From Lama glama (taxonomy: Eukaryota): a stretch of DNA of 64,000 nt. The notes under the pieces are model-generated. The model saw only the letters and a list, made by a program, of their open reading frames with translations, had not been told where the DNA came from and searched no databases. The stretch is from contig CM052818.1 in NCBI GenBank assembly GCA_028534125.1, positions 19,284,001-19,348,000 of the forward strand. The letters are read 5' to 3'. The stretch's first letter is position 1, and the number at the start of each line of letters is the position of its first letter. The position numbers were made by a program, and so were the translations under genes. This document shows positions 63,910-64,000 of the stretch, piece after piece.

Positions 63910-64000
63910 CTGCTGCTCCCCCAAGGGCTCCCTAAAGTAGACAGCAGCCCCTAGACCAAGATCCAACAGAAAATATAATTTTGAGATCCTTTGATCCTCC

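Noticed and set aside
40000..64000. BCYRN1 (BC200) or EPCAM-DT equivalents expected upstream from human synteny
   Set aside because: BC200 is Alu-derived and primate-specific, and no Alu/7SL-like sequence is visible; lncRNA exons cannot be supported from sequence alone.

Overview
Mammalian genomic DNA, most likely a camelid (alpaca/llama/camel), judged from several copies of a tRNA-derived SINE of the camelid Vic-1 type and a camelid-type L1 3' end. The only intact protein-coding gene is EPCAM on the minus strand. It has 9 coding exons between 15960 and 5835, all with GT-AG introns; the exon sizes 76/108/241/66/64/102/201/45/42 sum to 945 nt (314 aa + stop), matching the human exon layout. 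It has a CpG-island promoter and a triple AATAAA cluster at about 5430-5460. A processed RPL29 pseudogene (two premature stops, poly(A), TSDs) sits in an old L1 about 3 kb upstream of the EPCAM start. The remaining ~45 kb is non-coding upstream DNA dense in L1/L2/MIR, MaLR and ERV1 LTRs and hAT/Tigger DNA transposons. The other ORFs in the track look spurious. I found no new multi-gene system. The best leads are regulatory and evolutionary: a convergent CTCF pair around EPCAM, a solo LTR with a 23-bp tandem CCAAT array plus two octamers and a TATA box, an AT-to-GC substitution bias near the promoter, a tiny TSD-flanked L1 insert with possible 3' transductions beside exon 4, an exact 54-bp duplication beside exon 6, a twin-priming L1 inversion, an L1 fold-back hairpin, and an altered protease-sensitive loop in EpCAM. 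Repeat family names come from recognition of consensus motifs, not from a database search, and repeat boundaries are approximate unless a TSD is given.
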